This document shows, one piece after another, positions 18,618-27,840 of a DNA stretch of 64,000 nt. Where the stretch lies: contig CAWJRG010000010.1 in assembly GCA_963845185.1 (NCBI GenBank), positions 844,140 through 908,139 of the forward strand, written 5' to 3'. The notes beneath the pieces were generated by a model. The model was given only the letters and a program-made list of their open reading frames with translations. It was not told where the DNA came from and did no database searches. Source of the stretch: an uncultured bacterium. Lineage in GTDB: Bacteria > Oederibacteriota > PGYV01 > CAWJRG01. Numbering within the stretch: the first letter of the stretch is position 1; each line of letters starts with the position of its first letter. The translations under genes and the position numbers were made by a program.

Positions 18618-19907
18618 ATGACGCAGTTGGAAGCGGCAAAAAAGGGAATTATAACAGGTGAAATGAAAAAAGTCGCAGCTGATGAAAGAATAAGCATTAA
18701 GGAACTGGCTGCTTTAATAGCCAGGGGTGAAGTCATAATACCTGTAAATATAAAACATAAAAAAGTAAAGCCTATAGGCATAGGCAAAAACATGAAAATT
18801 AAAATTAATGCCAATATAGGGAGTTCGCAGGATGTTTGTGATACCAAGCTTGAGCTGAAAAAACTTAAAACAGCTGTTGACAGCGGCGCGGACACGGTGA
18901 TGGACCTGTCAACCGGAGGGAATTTAAAAAAAATACGAAAGGCGATTTTAAACGCGTCATCCGTGCCTATCGGCACCGTGCCTATTTATGAAATAATTAC
19001 AAATGCTGCAAAAGCGAAAAAGGCGTTTGAAAAAATAACGGCCGATGATATTTTTAAAACAATACAGGAACAGGCTGAGCAGGGCGTTGATTTTATCACG
19101 GTGCATTGTGGTGTTACGCGCGAAACAGTAAAAGCCCTGATTGCCGGTAAAAGGATACTAGGTATGGTGAGCAGGGGGGGCACTTTCCTTGCCAGCTGGA
19201 TAATGAAAAACAAGACAGAAAACCCGCTTTATGAATACTTTGACCGGCTTCTTGATATTGCCTATAAATACGACATGACTTTGTCTTTGGGCGACGGCAT
19301 GAGGCCGGGATGCCTTGCAGACGCCACAGACAAACCGCAAATTAAGGAACTTAAGACACTCGGAGAAATGGCGAAGCGTGCGTACAAAAGGAATGTGCAG
19401 GTAATGATAGAAGGCCCGGGGCATGTCCCGATAAATCAGATAATAAAAAACATGAAACTGCAGAAAAAATACTGCAATAACGCCCCGTTTTATGTCCTGG
19501 GGCCTTTGGTGACAGACATAGCGCCTGGTTATGACCATATAACCTCGGCAATAGGAGGCGCAATAGCCGCGGCCAACGGCGCTGATTTTTTATGCTACGT
19601 CACCCCGGCAGAACATTTGAAGCTGCCTGACATAGAGGATGTGAGGGAAGGGGTCATAGCGTCAAAGATTGCTGCGCATGCGGCTGATATAGCCAGGGGC
19701 ATACCCGGCGCCCGCGACCGTGACGATGAAATGGCAAGGGCAAGGAGGAACTTAAACTGGGAAAAGCAGGCGATGCTTTCAATAAACCCGCTTAAAGCAA
19801 AAAAAATGAGGGAATCGTCAAGGCCGAAAATGGAGGATGTCTGCACAATGTGCGGGGAGTTCTGCGCAATTAAGGAAATGAAATGCCTGCGGGATAAAAT
19901 TATTTGA
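18618..19907 (+). CDS. thiC: Phosphomethylpyrimidine synthase
   Basis: KINANIG, MDLSTG, VSRGG, EGPGH, YVTPAEHL and CTMCGEFC motifs. Confidence 0.97.
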   Translation: MTQLEAAKKGIITGEMKKVAADERISIKELAALIARGEVIIPVNIKHKKVKPIGIGKNMKIKINANIGSSQDVCDTKLELKKLKTAVDSGADTVMDLSTGGNLKKIRKAILNASSVPIGTVPIYEIITNAAKAKKAFEKITADDIFKTIQEQAEQGVDFITVHCGVTRETVKALIAGKRILGMVSRGGTFLASWIMKNKTENPLYEYFDRLLDIAYKYDMTLSLGDGMRPGCLADATDKPQIKELKTLGEMAKRAYKRNVQVMIEGPGHVPINQIIKNMKLQKKYCNNAPFYVLGPLVTDIAPGYDHITSAIGGAIAAANGADFLCYVTPAEHLKLPDIEDVREGVIASKIAAHAADIARGIPGARDRDDEMARARRNLNWEKQAMLSINPLKAKKMRESSRPKMEDVCTMCGEFCAIKEMKCLRDKII

Positions 19908-19939
19908 CATAGCAAATTAAGTTTGATAAACTATCAAAC

Positions 19940-20500
19940 ATGGTGAGGAAGATGCTCGAGGTAAACGATAATATGGAAGTAAAGGGAAGGACTTTTACAA
20001 TTACCGTTGAGTTTATCAAACAAAAATTCGGCATAGAAAAATTAAGCTCTTTTTATGCAGATTTTCCAAAATACAAACAAATCGAAAATTTCTCGGAAAT
20101 CGACTGGTATCCGGCAGCATTATTTTTGGAATTATCTGAGGACGCGGACAGGTATTTTGGTTTTGGCGATTTTTCCTTTCTTGAAGAGCTCGGATTGTTT
20201 TCGGCAGACAATGCGCTCAAAACCAGCCACGAACTTTTTAAGAACATTTCGCCAGAACTTTTCCTTTCAAACGGACAGGTAATATTTTCGTCCTATTATT
20301 CTCCTGGCACAGTCAAAACCAATTATTTGGGCGAGCGCAAGGCGGAGATTAACATAGAAAATTTTGGGGATTCCATTTGCCTGTCAAAAAGGATTTTGGG
20401 ATGGATGAAACGGATTTTAAGCGCGAGCGGAAGCAGAAAAATAAAATTAACGGAAATCCCCGCAAAAAACAAAATGGCGTTTTTACTGGAATGGGAATGA
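19940..20500 (+). CDS. Hypothetical protein, DUF2378/H-NOX-like ligand-binding fold
   Basis: VKG..F...FI..KFG, WYP and GW pattern; TTGACA-17-TAAACT at 19904-19932. Confidence 0.5.
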   Translation: MVRKMLEVNDNMEVKGRTFTITVEFIKQKFGIEKLSSFYADFPKYKQIENFSEIDWYPAALFLELSEDADRYFGFGDFSFLEELGLFSADNALKTSHELFKNISPELFLSNGQVIFSSYYSPGTVKTNYLGERKAEINIENFGDSICLSKRILGWMKRILSASGSRKIKLTEIPAKNKMAFLLEWE

Positions 20501-20565
20501 TGAAAAGCCCGTGCAATGAGCGGAATAAGAAATTTTTAAATATATTAAAGACAGGAAGTAGTATT

Positions 20566-21249
20566 ATGAAAAAAAAGATTTCAATAGCATTAATCCTGAC
20601 ATTATGCGGCATAGCATTTTTTCCTTCGTTTGCCAATTGCTACTGGATAAGCAATACCTCGGGGAAAATTGACCTGGACCTCGGGGGTTTCGGATACCCT
20701 ACGCCGTATAATGATATTACCCAGAATTACCAAATACAAATAGGGTACCACACAAACGAATTCGCCATAATGGGGCTGAAAATATCGTATTTGAATTACA
20801 ATGAAGAAAATGAAAATATAACAATTCCTTCAGGAACGGATTCTTTTGCTATAACCGACGCAATTTACAATTTTGACCTGGTTATGCTCTTTAATTTTGC
20901 CAAAATAGGGGACAGGATGGTTTTATCATCCAGCCTACTGCCAGGCGTTGCCATGGTAACACGAACCGTTTTTAAGGATGGAACTTCAATTAAACAGGAA
21001 AGTTATACTGCTTTTTCAGGCGGATTTGAAATTGGATTCAGGATTTACCTTACGGAGGGCATTTCATTGAACGCGGGATGGATACTAAGGTATATGAAAC
21101 TGAAAAATTACCCTATTGCATATTATGTGACTTTGCCAAAGCCGCCGTATACTTTGAATGACTACAAAAACGGGCTCATTTACACTTCACTCACCGCAAA
21201 TGATGTACTTTTGGATTATAATTTATTCAGCATAATATGGAGCTTTTAA
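20566..21249 (+). CDS. Probable outer-membrane beta-barrel protein
   Basis: Signal peptide, alternating aromatic beta-strands, terminal Phe. Confidence 0.55.
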   Translation: MKKKISIALILTLCGIAFFPSFANCYWISNTSGKIDLDLGGFGYPTPYNDITQNYQIQIGYHTNEFAIMGLKISYLNYNEENENITIPSGTDSFAITDAIYNFDLVMLFNFAKIGDRMVLSSSLLPGVAMVTRTVFKDGTSIKQESYTAFSGGFEIGFRIYLTEGISLNAGWILRYMKLKNYPIAYYVTLPKPPYTLNDYKNGLIYTSLTANDVLLDYNLFSIIWSF

Positions 21250-21250
21250 A

Positions 21251-22912
21251 ATGACGGGGAAAAATATTTTCAAATTAAAAGGCAGTATAATTATTATATT
21301 GATATTGATTTTTTGCATGGCTTTCAGCGGGCAGGCTTTTGCAAAATCAAAAAAGAAAAAAAAGGCCACCCCTACCCCGACGGCAACAGCAGAGATTCAG
21401 GCTGAAGCAGTGTCAAACACCCAGACTCCGCAAATACAGCCTACGGCACAGCCGGGCGTGGATCAGGGCAAAACAGCCGCGTATTATTATGACGAAGGCC
21501 TGAAATACGAAAAAAACATGGATTACAAGAAGGCATATATTAATTTTTACACGGCCGTTACCATGGATAAAACCTATTATAACGCCTACAGGAAACTCGG
21601 GAATATATATTTTACGGCGAAAAATTACAAATATGCCGTTTATTTTTATGAAAAATACCTCGTATACAAGCCAAACGACACGGAATTAAGGAAATTTGTG
21701 GACAGCTTAAAAGCGAGAATGGCAATCCCAAAGCCCAAAGCAACCGTGACAACAGGGCTTTTGCTTATACCTGAGCCACAGGGCCCTGTGCCTTACGAAT
21801 TCAAGTCGCCTTCAACCGCGTTTATGATGTCCGACTTTGATTTAATATCATTCCCGCTGTTAAGCGGATGGGGCAGTTTTTACGCCAGGGCGCGCGGCCA
21901 GGATTTTTTCCCACCACCGGCATACATTTCCATGGTAAGCGATTTTATAATGATTTTTGGCGGGGGCACTTATTATTTGTTGAAGTCATCAGGAAGCACA
22001 AAAGACCTGAGCCCGTTTTACCCTGCCGGAAACCTGTGCGCTGTAATGACTTCATCGGCATTGCTTTTTGATTTTGCCTCAGCCCCTTTTATGGCTACGG
22101 AAAATTCGGAAAAATTCATCAATTATATCAAGACGCATAACATTAAAGTGCCAAAGGTTCCGGTTGACTATAAGGACCCGCTTCTATCCGCTACGCTTTC
22201 TTTGACGGCAGGAAACATAGTGCCGGGCATAGGGCATTTTTACTGCGGAGATACTGACGCAGGACTGAAACTGCTTTTTATAACTTACGGGATAAACTCT
22301 GTTTTAACCGGCGCGGGATTTTTTGTCATAGGGCAGCAGCATTTAGCCGGAGAAATAATTTTCGGGATAGATGCGCTAGTGTACTCCATATTACGGTTTG
22401 CCGATTTACAGGGTTCGGCGGCCGAAACAGACGGAGTAAACGAACAATATTACGAGCAAAAGTTATGCCCAAGCAGCCCTTTGAAAAAAATTGAAATTAA
22501 AGATGAAAAAAGCCCAATGCTTGCTTTCGGTATAGCCCTGGTACCAGGCGCGCTGGTGCATGGCGCGGGTAATTTTTACGCGGAAAATTACATAACGGCA
22601 TTCACCCTGGCAGGGTGGGAACTGGCAGGCGGAATAATGTATCTTGCCGCAAACGGCCCGGATTCAAATAAGCTGTGGGATGTAGGGTATGGAATCAATA
22701 TTCCTGCAAACAGCCAGGGCTGGGTAAAATACACAGGGCTCGGACTTTTCGGGCTTTCATATCTTTATGATATTATATCTTCTCCTGGCTATACCGCAAT
22801 TTACAACGCAGTATATACGAATAAACCGGGTCAGACTATGCCCGGGAAAGCCGCTTTAATGCCGTATTTTGATAAAAACGAGGCTGGATTAAGGCTAGCG
22901 TATAATTTTTAA
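21251..22912 (+). CDS. TPR-containing protein with three TM2-like membrane repeats
   Basis: Signal peptide, PT-rich linker, TPR helices, three K(S/D)P..A...G.G.FY repeats. Confidence 0.6.
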   Translation: MTGKNIFKLKGSIIIILILIFCMAFSGQAFAKSKKKKKATPTPTATAEIQAEAVSNTQTPQIQPTAQPGVDQGKTAAYYYDEGLKYEKNMDYKKAYINFYTAVTMDKTYYNAYRKLGNIYFTAKNYKYAVYFYEKYLVYKPNDTELRKFVDSLKARMAIPKPKATVTTGLLLIPEPQGPVPYEFKSPSTAFMMSDFDLISFPLLSGWGSFYARARGQDFFPPPAYISMVSDFIMIFGGGTYYLLKSSGSTKDLSPFYPAGNLCAVMTSSALLFDFASAPFMATENSEKFINYIKTHNIKVPKVPVDYKDPLLSATLSLTAGNIVPGIGHFYCGDTDAGLKLLFITYGINSVLTGAGFFVIGQQHLAGEIIFGIDALVYSILRFADLQGSAAETDGVNEQYYEQKLCPSSPLKKIEIKDEKSPMLAFGIALVPGALVHGAGNFYAENYITAFTLAGWELAGGIMYLAANGPDSNKLWDVGYGINIPANSQGWVKYTGLGLFGLSYLYDIISSPGYTAIYNAVYTNKPGQTMPGKAALMPYFDKNEAGLRLAYNF

Positions 22913-22957
22913 GAAACTCTTCCCTTTGTGATTCCATATGATTTACAATTAAAAAAT

Positions 22958-23368
22958 TTATTTGTATATCATTGATATGCTTAAACCCGCCGCAACATAG
23001 CTTGTAAGGCCCTGCAGCAGCCAGGATATTAACAGGCTTTTTGTGAAGGAGCCGGCAAGGAAAGCCGTTACAAGCGGAGGCGTAACCATCAGAGCCCATA
23101 ACATAAATCCGAAAAATATGCCTTTTAAAAGGGTGGAACCGGGAAGTCCGTTTTGAATTATCGAGTAGAAAAAGGCAAACACGAGGCCGAAAACAATGTT
23201 AATTATTAAAAGCTTGTAAAACCATGCCATTGAGATTTTTTCGCGCCAGAAATACTTAATAGAAGGGTCTGAAATTTCGTGATTGAAATTATAAGCTATG
23301 CTCGCGACTACAAACAGAATAAAACCGGCTACAATGCCGGAAATAATAAATTTCAATAATTTTTCCAT
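22958..23368 (-). CDS. Four-TM hypothetical membrane protein
   Basis: Hydrophobic helices with KGIFFGFMLW; SD GGAG before the ATG at 23368. Confidence 0.7.
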   Translation of the reverse strand: MEKLLKFIISGIVAGFILFVVASIAYNFNHEISDPSIKYFWREKISMAWFYKLLIINIVFGLVFAFFYSIIQNGLPGSTLLKGIFFGFMLWALMVTPPLVTAFLAGSFTKSLLISWLLQGLTSYVAAGLSISMIYK

Positions 23369-23508
23369 GGGTTGTTCTCCTTTTTTGTATTTTCTTAATA
23401 ATAACACATAATAAACGCATAATCAATTATTTTTTAATGCCGGTAAATATGGATGTTACCCGATTGCTTTTTCCCTAGCATCGGTATAAACGCAGCGAAA
23501 AATATTAT

Positions 23509-23537
23509 TTGACAAAGCCCTGATTTATTAGTAAAAT
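23509..23537 (+). promoter_or_regulatory. Sigma70-type promoter
   Basis: TTGACA-17-TAAAAT. Confidence 0.6.
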
Positions 23538-23578
23538 TTTACATGAAGGATAAATGATTCTTTTATCAGGAGAATGCA

Positions 23579-24016
23579 ATGAATGACGATATGTCCAAAT
23601 TAAGGGAAGCGCTGCAAAAAGTTGATTTTTTCTATTCATTAAGTTACGTCGAACTTGATGAATTGATAAAATCCCTGAAAAAAAGGACGGTTCCTGCAGG
23701 GAATACGATTATAAGGCAGGGCGAAAAAGGTGACGCATTTTATTTGATAAGCACGGGTTCTGTTTCGGTAAGCGTAAGAAAAGGCATGATGGGCGGCCAG
23801 AAACAAATAGCAGAACTTGGCCCTGGGGCTTTCTTCGGCGAGATGGCGCTTGTGGTTGAAGAGCCAAGGACAGCCACCATAAAAGCAAGAGAGCGTTGCG
23901 AACTTTTTGTACTTTATAAAAAGGATTTTAAACAGATACTTCTTGCAAACCCTAAAATATCCACAATAATAAATAATGTGCTGACTGAGAGGAAAGAACA
24001 AAACAAGATTAAGTAA
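23579..24016 (+). CDS. Stand-alone cyclic-nucleotide-binding domain protein
   Basis: IIRQGEKGDAFYLI..G and FFGEMAL....PRTATI phosphate-binding cassette. Confidence 0.92.
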   Translation: MNDDMSKLREALQKVDFFYSLSYVELDELIKSLKKRTVPAGNTIIRQGEKGDAFYLISTGSVSVSVRKGMMGGQKQIAELGPGAFFGEMALVVEEPRTATIKARERCELFVLYKKDFKQILLANPKISTIINNVLTERKEQNKIK

Positions 24017-24175
24017 TTTTTTTTGTTTTAAAGCGGGAAAATAGTTTCAACATGCAAAATATAACTTAAAAATTGGATTTAAATGTTTTACTGGTTTAAA
24101 TATCCCTCCTTTTGTTAATTATGTAAAGATTAAAAAGGGAGCAAACACTATATGAAATAAAAGGAGCGAAATAAA

Positions 24176-25963
24176 ATGGCTGAAGCGCAAATTACAGTAA
24201 AACCCGGAGAGGCTATAAACAATGTGCTGGAAGGCATTAGCGAAGACGTCAAAAAAACCGTCATAGACGCCGTCGAATTTTATAACAAGGAAAAATCAGA
24301 AGCAGGCCATAAAATAGAGGACATGGTCAAAGTCAACAAACTAAGGAACGCGTATAATACCCTGGTATCGGCGCTGCTGGACAGGATGAACGCATTAAAC
24401 AAATTTCAAAGGCTATTTTTGACAACAGGCGTGCTTGCGGACGTTGTAGAGTCAAACGGTACGACCATAACCCTGGTCGAGCCCGCAATTTACGCGGCGC
24501 TTTTTGATTCATTTGAAAACAGGGAAGTCGGGCCGTTAAACGAGGTTATTTTTACCACGCTTGATAAAATGAAGGCGCTTGCCGAGGGCAGGATACAGCT
24601 GATTGACACCTCGGGAAAGAGAAAAAGGAGCATTGACACCAGCGTCGACCCGAAAAAAGTAAAAGCCGCACTTGAATGGAAAAAAGCGGATTCGCTGCGA
24701 TCGGGCGCCAACCTTGTAAGGGAAATTTCAAATGATTTTGACAAACTTACCCAGCTGACTTCAGACAAAATAAAGAACGCAAAATTAAATTACGACGTCA
24801 TAAAAAAATATTTTGATTTGCTTTTAAAGGGCCACAGGATAGAACCGGAAGAGAAAAAACTGAAAAACGCCTTAAAAACAAGGATAGACATCCTCTCAAA
24901 AACCCTGATAGAGTTTTCAAAGACTTACTCCGAGATATTCAACAGGACAAATGAACAACTCGAAAACCTGAAAGAGAAGATAGAGGACGTCCAGCAAAAA
25001 GAAGAGGAAATTGAGCAGGCCGACAGCATGATATCAACCGAAGAAGACAGGAAGGTGGACGAGTTCGGCAGCGAGCACCTCGATATAATAAAGAGGGACA
25101 TAATAATAATAAACAATTTTATAGTAAACGCGGCGGAAAAAAACCCGAACAGGGTGCCGTTTTCAGGATCGAGGATAGTGGTAAATTCGCAGATACCAGA
25201 CCTGGAAAAGGCAAATGAAGCTTATTTCTGCACGCCGCAAAACGTAATAAACGCCCTAAAGAAGATACTCAGCATACACATAAACGCTTTCCCGAAAGAC
25301 GAGGACGGAAAATACATGATACCTCCCATAATCATTGAGCCCATAAGGAACTACGTGGACTTTCTGGAAGACAGGTTTGTGATGGGGTTTATCAGCGGCG
25401 AGCCCGGCAGAAAAGGCGCCAACGTTTCTTTTTCACCCGTGGATTTCCAGGTGTTAAAAGCAATAGGCATGTACCTTGCGAAGGATTCCATATACAACTA
25501 CCGCGGCGAGATAAATGAAGGCACTTTTATGGGTGATTATACCGGCAAGATAGAGAAAAAGGCGCAGGTCAAGTGGACAGGCGAGGATAAAAAGTTCAAC
25601 ATGGTCATCTCTTCCCAGCTTGTGGACGCGGCGTCCAGGGACCAGGCTGTACAGGACTATATGGATTTCCTGTTTAACGTCATGAACGGCCTCGGGCCCG
25701 GGCCGAAGATGAGCAAGCGCAGGATAAACGTGCTTTTAAAATACGCCGTGATAAAAAACGTGGAAAACAACATAAAGCTGCTTTTAAATTACGTGGCCCA
25801 GTCAGAGCCGACAGAGGCAAGGGACACAATACTTTTTTATTACGAGCACAATTACGAGGTAGCCAAGGAAGTCGTCAGGAAAATCGTAAAGGAAGACCAG
25901 CAGGTGCAGAGGGTTTTCGGAACATCAAACTCGGATTACGTAATCAACAGGATATTTGTATAA
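24176..25963 (+). CDS. Hypothetical cytoplasmic protein with a central coiled coil
   Basis: 595-aa ORF with SD; heptad-like E/K-rich region at about residues 240-300; no catalytic motif recognised. Confidence 0.8.
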   Translation: MAEAQITVKPGEAINNVLEGISEDVKKTVIDAVEFYNKEKSEAGHKIEDMVKVNKLRNAYNTLVSALLDRMNALNKFQRLFLTTGVLADVVESNGTTITLVEPAIYAALFDSFENREVGPLNEVIFTTLDKMKALAEGRIQLIDTSGKRKRSIDTSVDPKKVKAALEWKKADSLRSGANLVREISNDFDKLTQLTSDKIKNAKLNYDVIKKYFDLLLKGHRIEPEEKKLKNALKTRIDILSKTLIEFSKTYSEIFNRTNEQLENLKEKIEDVQQKEEEIEQADSMISTEEDRKVDEFGSEHLDIIKRDIIIINNFIVNAAEKNPNRVPFSGSRIVVNSQIPDLEKANEAYFCTPQNVINALKKILSIHINAFPKDEDGKYMIPPIIIEPIRNYVDFLEDRFVMGFISGEPGRKGANVSFSPVDFQVLKAIGMYLAKDSIYNYRGEINEGTFMGDYTGKIEKKAQVKWTGEDKKFNMVISSQLVDAASRDQAVQDYMDFLFNVMNGLGPGPKMSKRRINVLLKYAVIKNVENNIKLLLNYVAQSEPTEARDTILFYYEHNYEVAKEVVRKIVKEDQQVQRVFGTSNSDYVINRIFV

Positions 25964-25989
25964 TTGCAGGGACACTCCGCCAAAAAAGC

Positions 25990-27816
25990 CTACCAGGTCA
26001 CTTCCTGAAATAAAACAAGGTTATTTTCATAATTTTTTTCCACTATTCCAGGGTTTATGCGCTGGACAATCTCAAATTCATTTACAGCTTCCTGCTGCCT
26101 GTTAAGTGCCACAAGAACATTGCCAAGGGCAAGATGCGCTGCGGCAAAATCAGGGAAAAGCACGATGCTTTTTTTGAGGTAATTTTCAGCCATACCGGAA
26201 ACGCCTTTTCCAATGTATATTATGGCCGCGTCATAAAGCAGGTCGGCGGCATACGGGTTCAAGGCAAGGGCTTTTTCGTACTCGGCTGAGGCTTCGTTAA
26301 ACTGTTTAAACGATGCGTATGAATCCGCCAGGCAGGCCCTGGCAAAATAACTGCAGGAATTATATTCCACGGCTTTTTTTAAAGACCATGTGATTGAAGA
26401 CCCGGATTTTTTAACTGCAGCTCCGGGCTTCAGGTAAAAATTGGAAATAAAATCAAAAGGCTTTGTGAAAAAAACAATAATTACAGTCAGGATAACAGCG
26501 GCAGAAATCAGCCTGCAAACCCCGGAACTGATTTTTACGGATTTTTCATTTTTCCCTGCAGTTAGCGAGTAAAGAAAACCGCAATAAAGCCAGAAAAGGA
26601 CGCAAGAAGGCAGTATAAAAAGGGGGAAGTTAAAAAAACTTTCCACAAGCGTACCTGTTAAAGAGGCCAGCAGCGCAAAAGAAAAAACATAATCGCCAGG
26701 CGCAAGCAGATACGAGGCTTTTTCGTAATAAAACACCAGGGAAAAGACAAAAGCCAGGAATAAAACCAGGCCTGTAATCCCAAATTCTGCGAGAATCTGC
26801 GCGTAATCATTGTGGGCATAAGAAGTGCTTATAAAACTGTAATTTTTATCCTGATTCAGGCTTTCTGCCTGGTATTTCTGGTAAAAGTACTTATAAGATC
26901 CGGCACCCAGGCCGAATACCGGGTTGTTGTGCGCCATTAAAATTGCGGTTTTCAGCATCAGCATGCGGTTTTTTACGGACCCACTGTTTGCGGAGAAAAT
27001 CCCGGCGCTGCGGGAGATATTATTTTTCATCATACCGGAAAAACGGGGAGTTAAAAATAGCGCCAGCGCCAGCAGAACAAAACAGGCGGAATATATAATG
27101 ACAGCCTTTGTCATTTTCAGTACAAACATACCACTTGTCGCCAGAAGAAAAACCAAAAAAACCAGGCATATAACCAGGGAAATGAATACGCCCCTTGATG
27201 CGGCAAGCATGATTGACAGGAGGCTAAAGCCCGTGTTTATAAGAAAAACAGGCCTGTTTTTTTTAAAGCAAAAAAACGAAACAACCAGAAATGGAAAGTT
27301 TATCATCATGAACTCACCGAAAAAAATCGGGTTGCCGAAAAAAGAATAAGGCCTCGGTACCACGTAAAAAAACTGCCAGAGGCCGTACAGGGAGCTTAAA
27401 AACACGAGCATGTTGATAAAAACCAGGAATTTTTTCCAGTTGATTTCCGCAAGCACGGGGATTATGAAAGACAGAGGCGATAAAAGCGCCAAAGTATAAT
27501 AAAACTGCGGATGGAACCCGGATGCAAAGATTTGCACTGTAACGTAAAGGAAAAAAACTGTGAACACGAAGAATACAAAGTTGACCTTTGGTTTTTGCCG
27601 GTAAAAAAGCATGGCAGCAAATACCATTAAGGCAAAAAATATAAAACACACGGCCTTAGCCAGCTGAAACTCGTCATACATTGACTTTGAAAACAGTATG
27701 CAGGAAAGGACAAGGCAAAAAACAAAAATATCAGCGTATTTGTGTAGAAACCCCCGGGTATGACTCTGCAATGCTTGAGACAGGGTTCCGTCCCTGTCTC
27801 TACGAATATTATTCAT
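25990..27816 (-). CDS. O-antigen ligase / O-oligosaccharyltransferase-like (Wzy_C) protein with C-terminal TPRs
   Basis: FGNP, SRG, GLGAGSY, AHNDYAQILAEFGITG and FNFP motifs; TPR tail; start codon uncertain. Confidence 0.85.
   Translation of the reverse strand: MNNIRRDRDGTLSQALQSHTRGFLHKYADIFVFCLVLSCILFSKSMYDEFQLAKAVCFIFFALMVFAAMLFYRQKPKVNFVFFVFTVFFLYVTVQIFASGFHPQFYYTLALLSPLSFIIPVLAEINWKKFLVFINMLVFLSSLYGLWQFFYVVPRPYSFFGNPIFFGEFMMINFPFLVVSFFCFKKNRPVFLINTGFSLLSIMLAASRGVFISLVICLVFLVFLLATSGMFVLKMTKAVIIYSACFVLLALALFLTPRFSGMMKNNISRSAGIFSANSGSVKNRMLMLKTAILMAHNNPVFGLGAGSYKYFYQKYQAESLNQDKNYSFISTSYAHNDYAQILAEFGITGLVLFLAFVFSLVFYYEKASYLLAPGDYVFSFALLASLTGTLVESFFNFPLFILPSCVLFWLYCGFLYSLTAGKNEKSVKISSGVCRLISAAVILTVIIVFFTKPFDFISNFYLKPGAAVKKSGSSITWSLKKAVEYNSCSYFARACLADSYASFKQFNEASAEYEKALALNPYAADLLYDAAIIYIGKGVSGMAENYLKKSIVLFPDFAAAHLALGNVLVALNRQQEAVNEFEIVQRINPGIVEKNYENNLVLFQEVTW
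27744..27803. repeat. GTAG-type REP-like doublet (one clear copy, one degenerate)
   Basis: GAGACAGGG-TTCCGT-CCCTGTCTCTAC at 27777-27803 and GTAGAAAC..GACTCTGC at 27744-27769. Confidence 0.6.
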
Positions 27817-27840
27817 GAGAAGTGGTTAATAAATATGCTG

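Noticed and set aside
20377..20565. N-terminal ORF extensions (also 9581, 17847, 30285, 38085, 39662, 48229, 56165, 62694)
   Set aside because: Downstream ATGs with an SD, signal peptide or family-typical start fit better.
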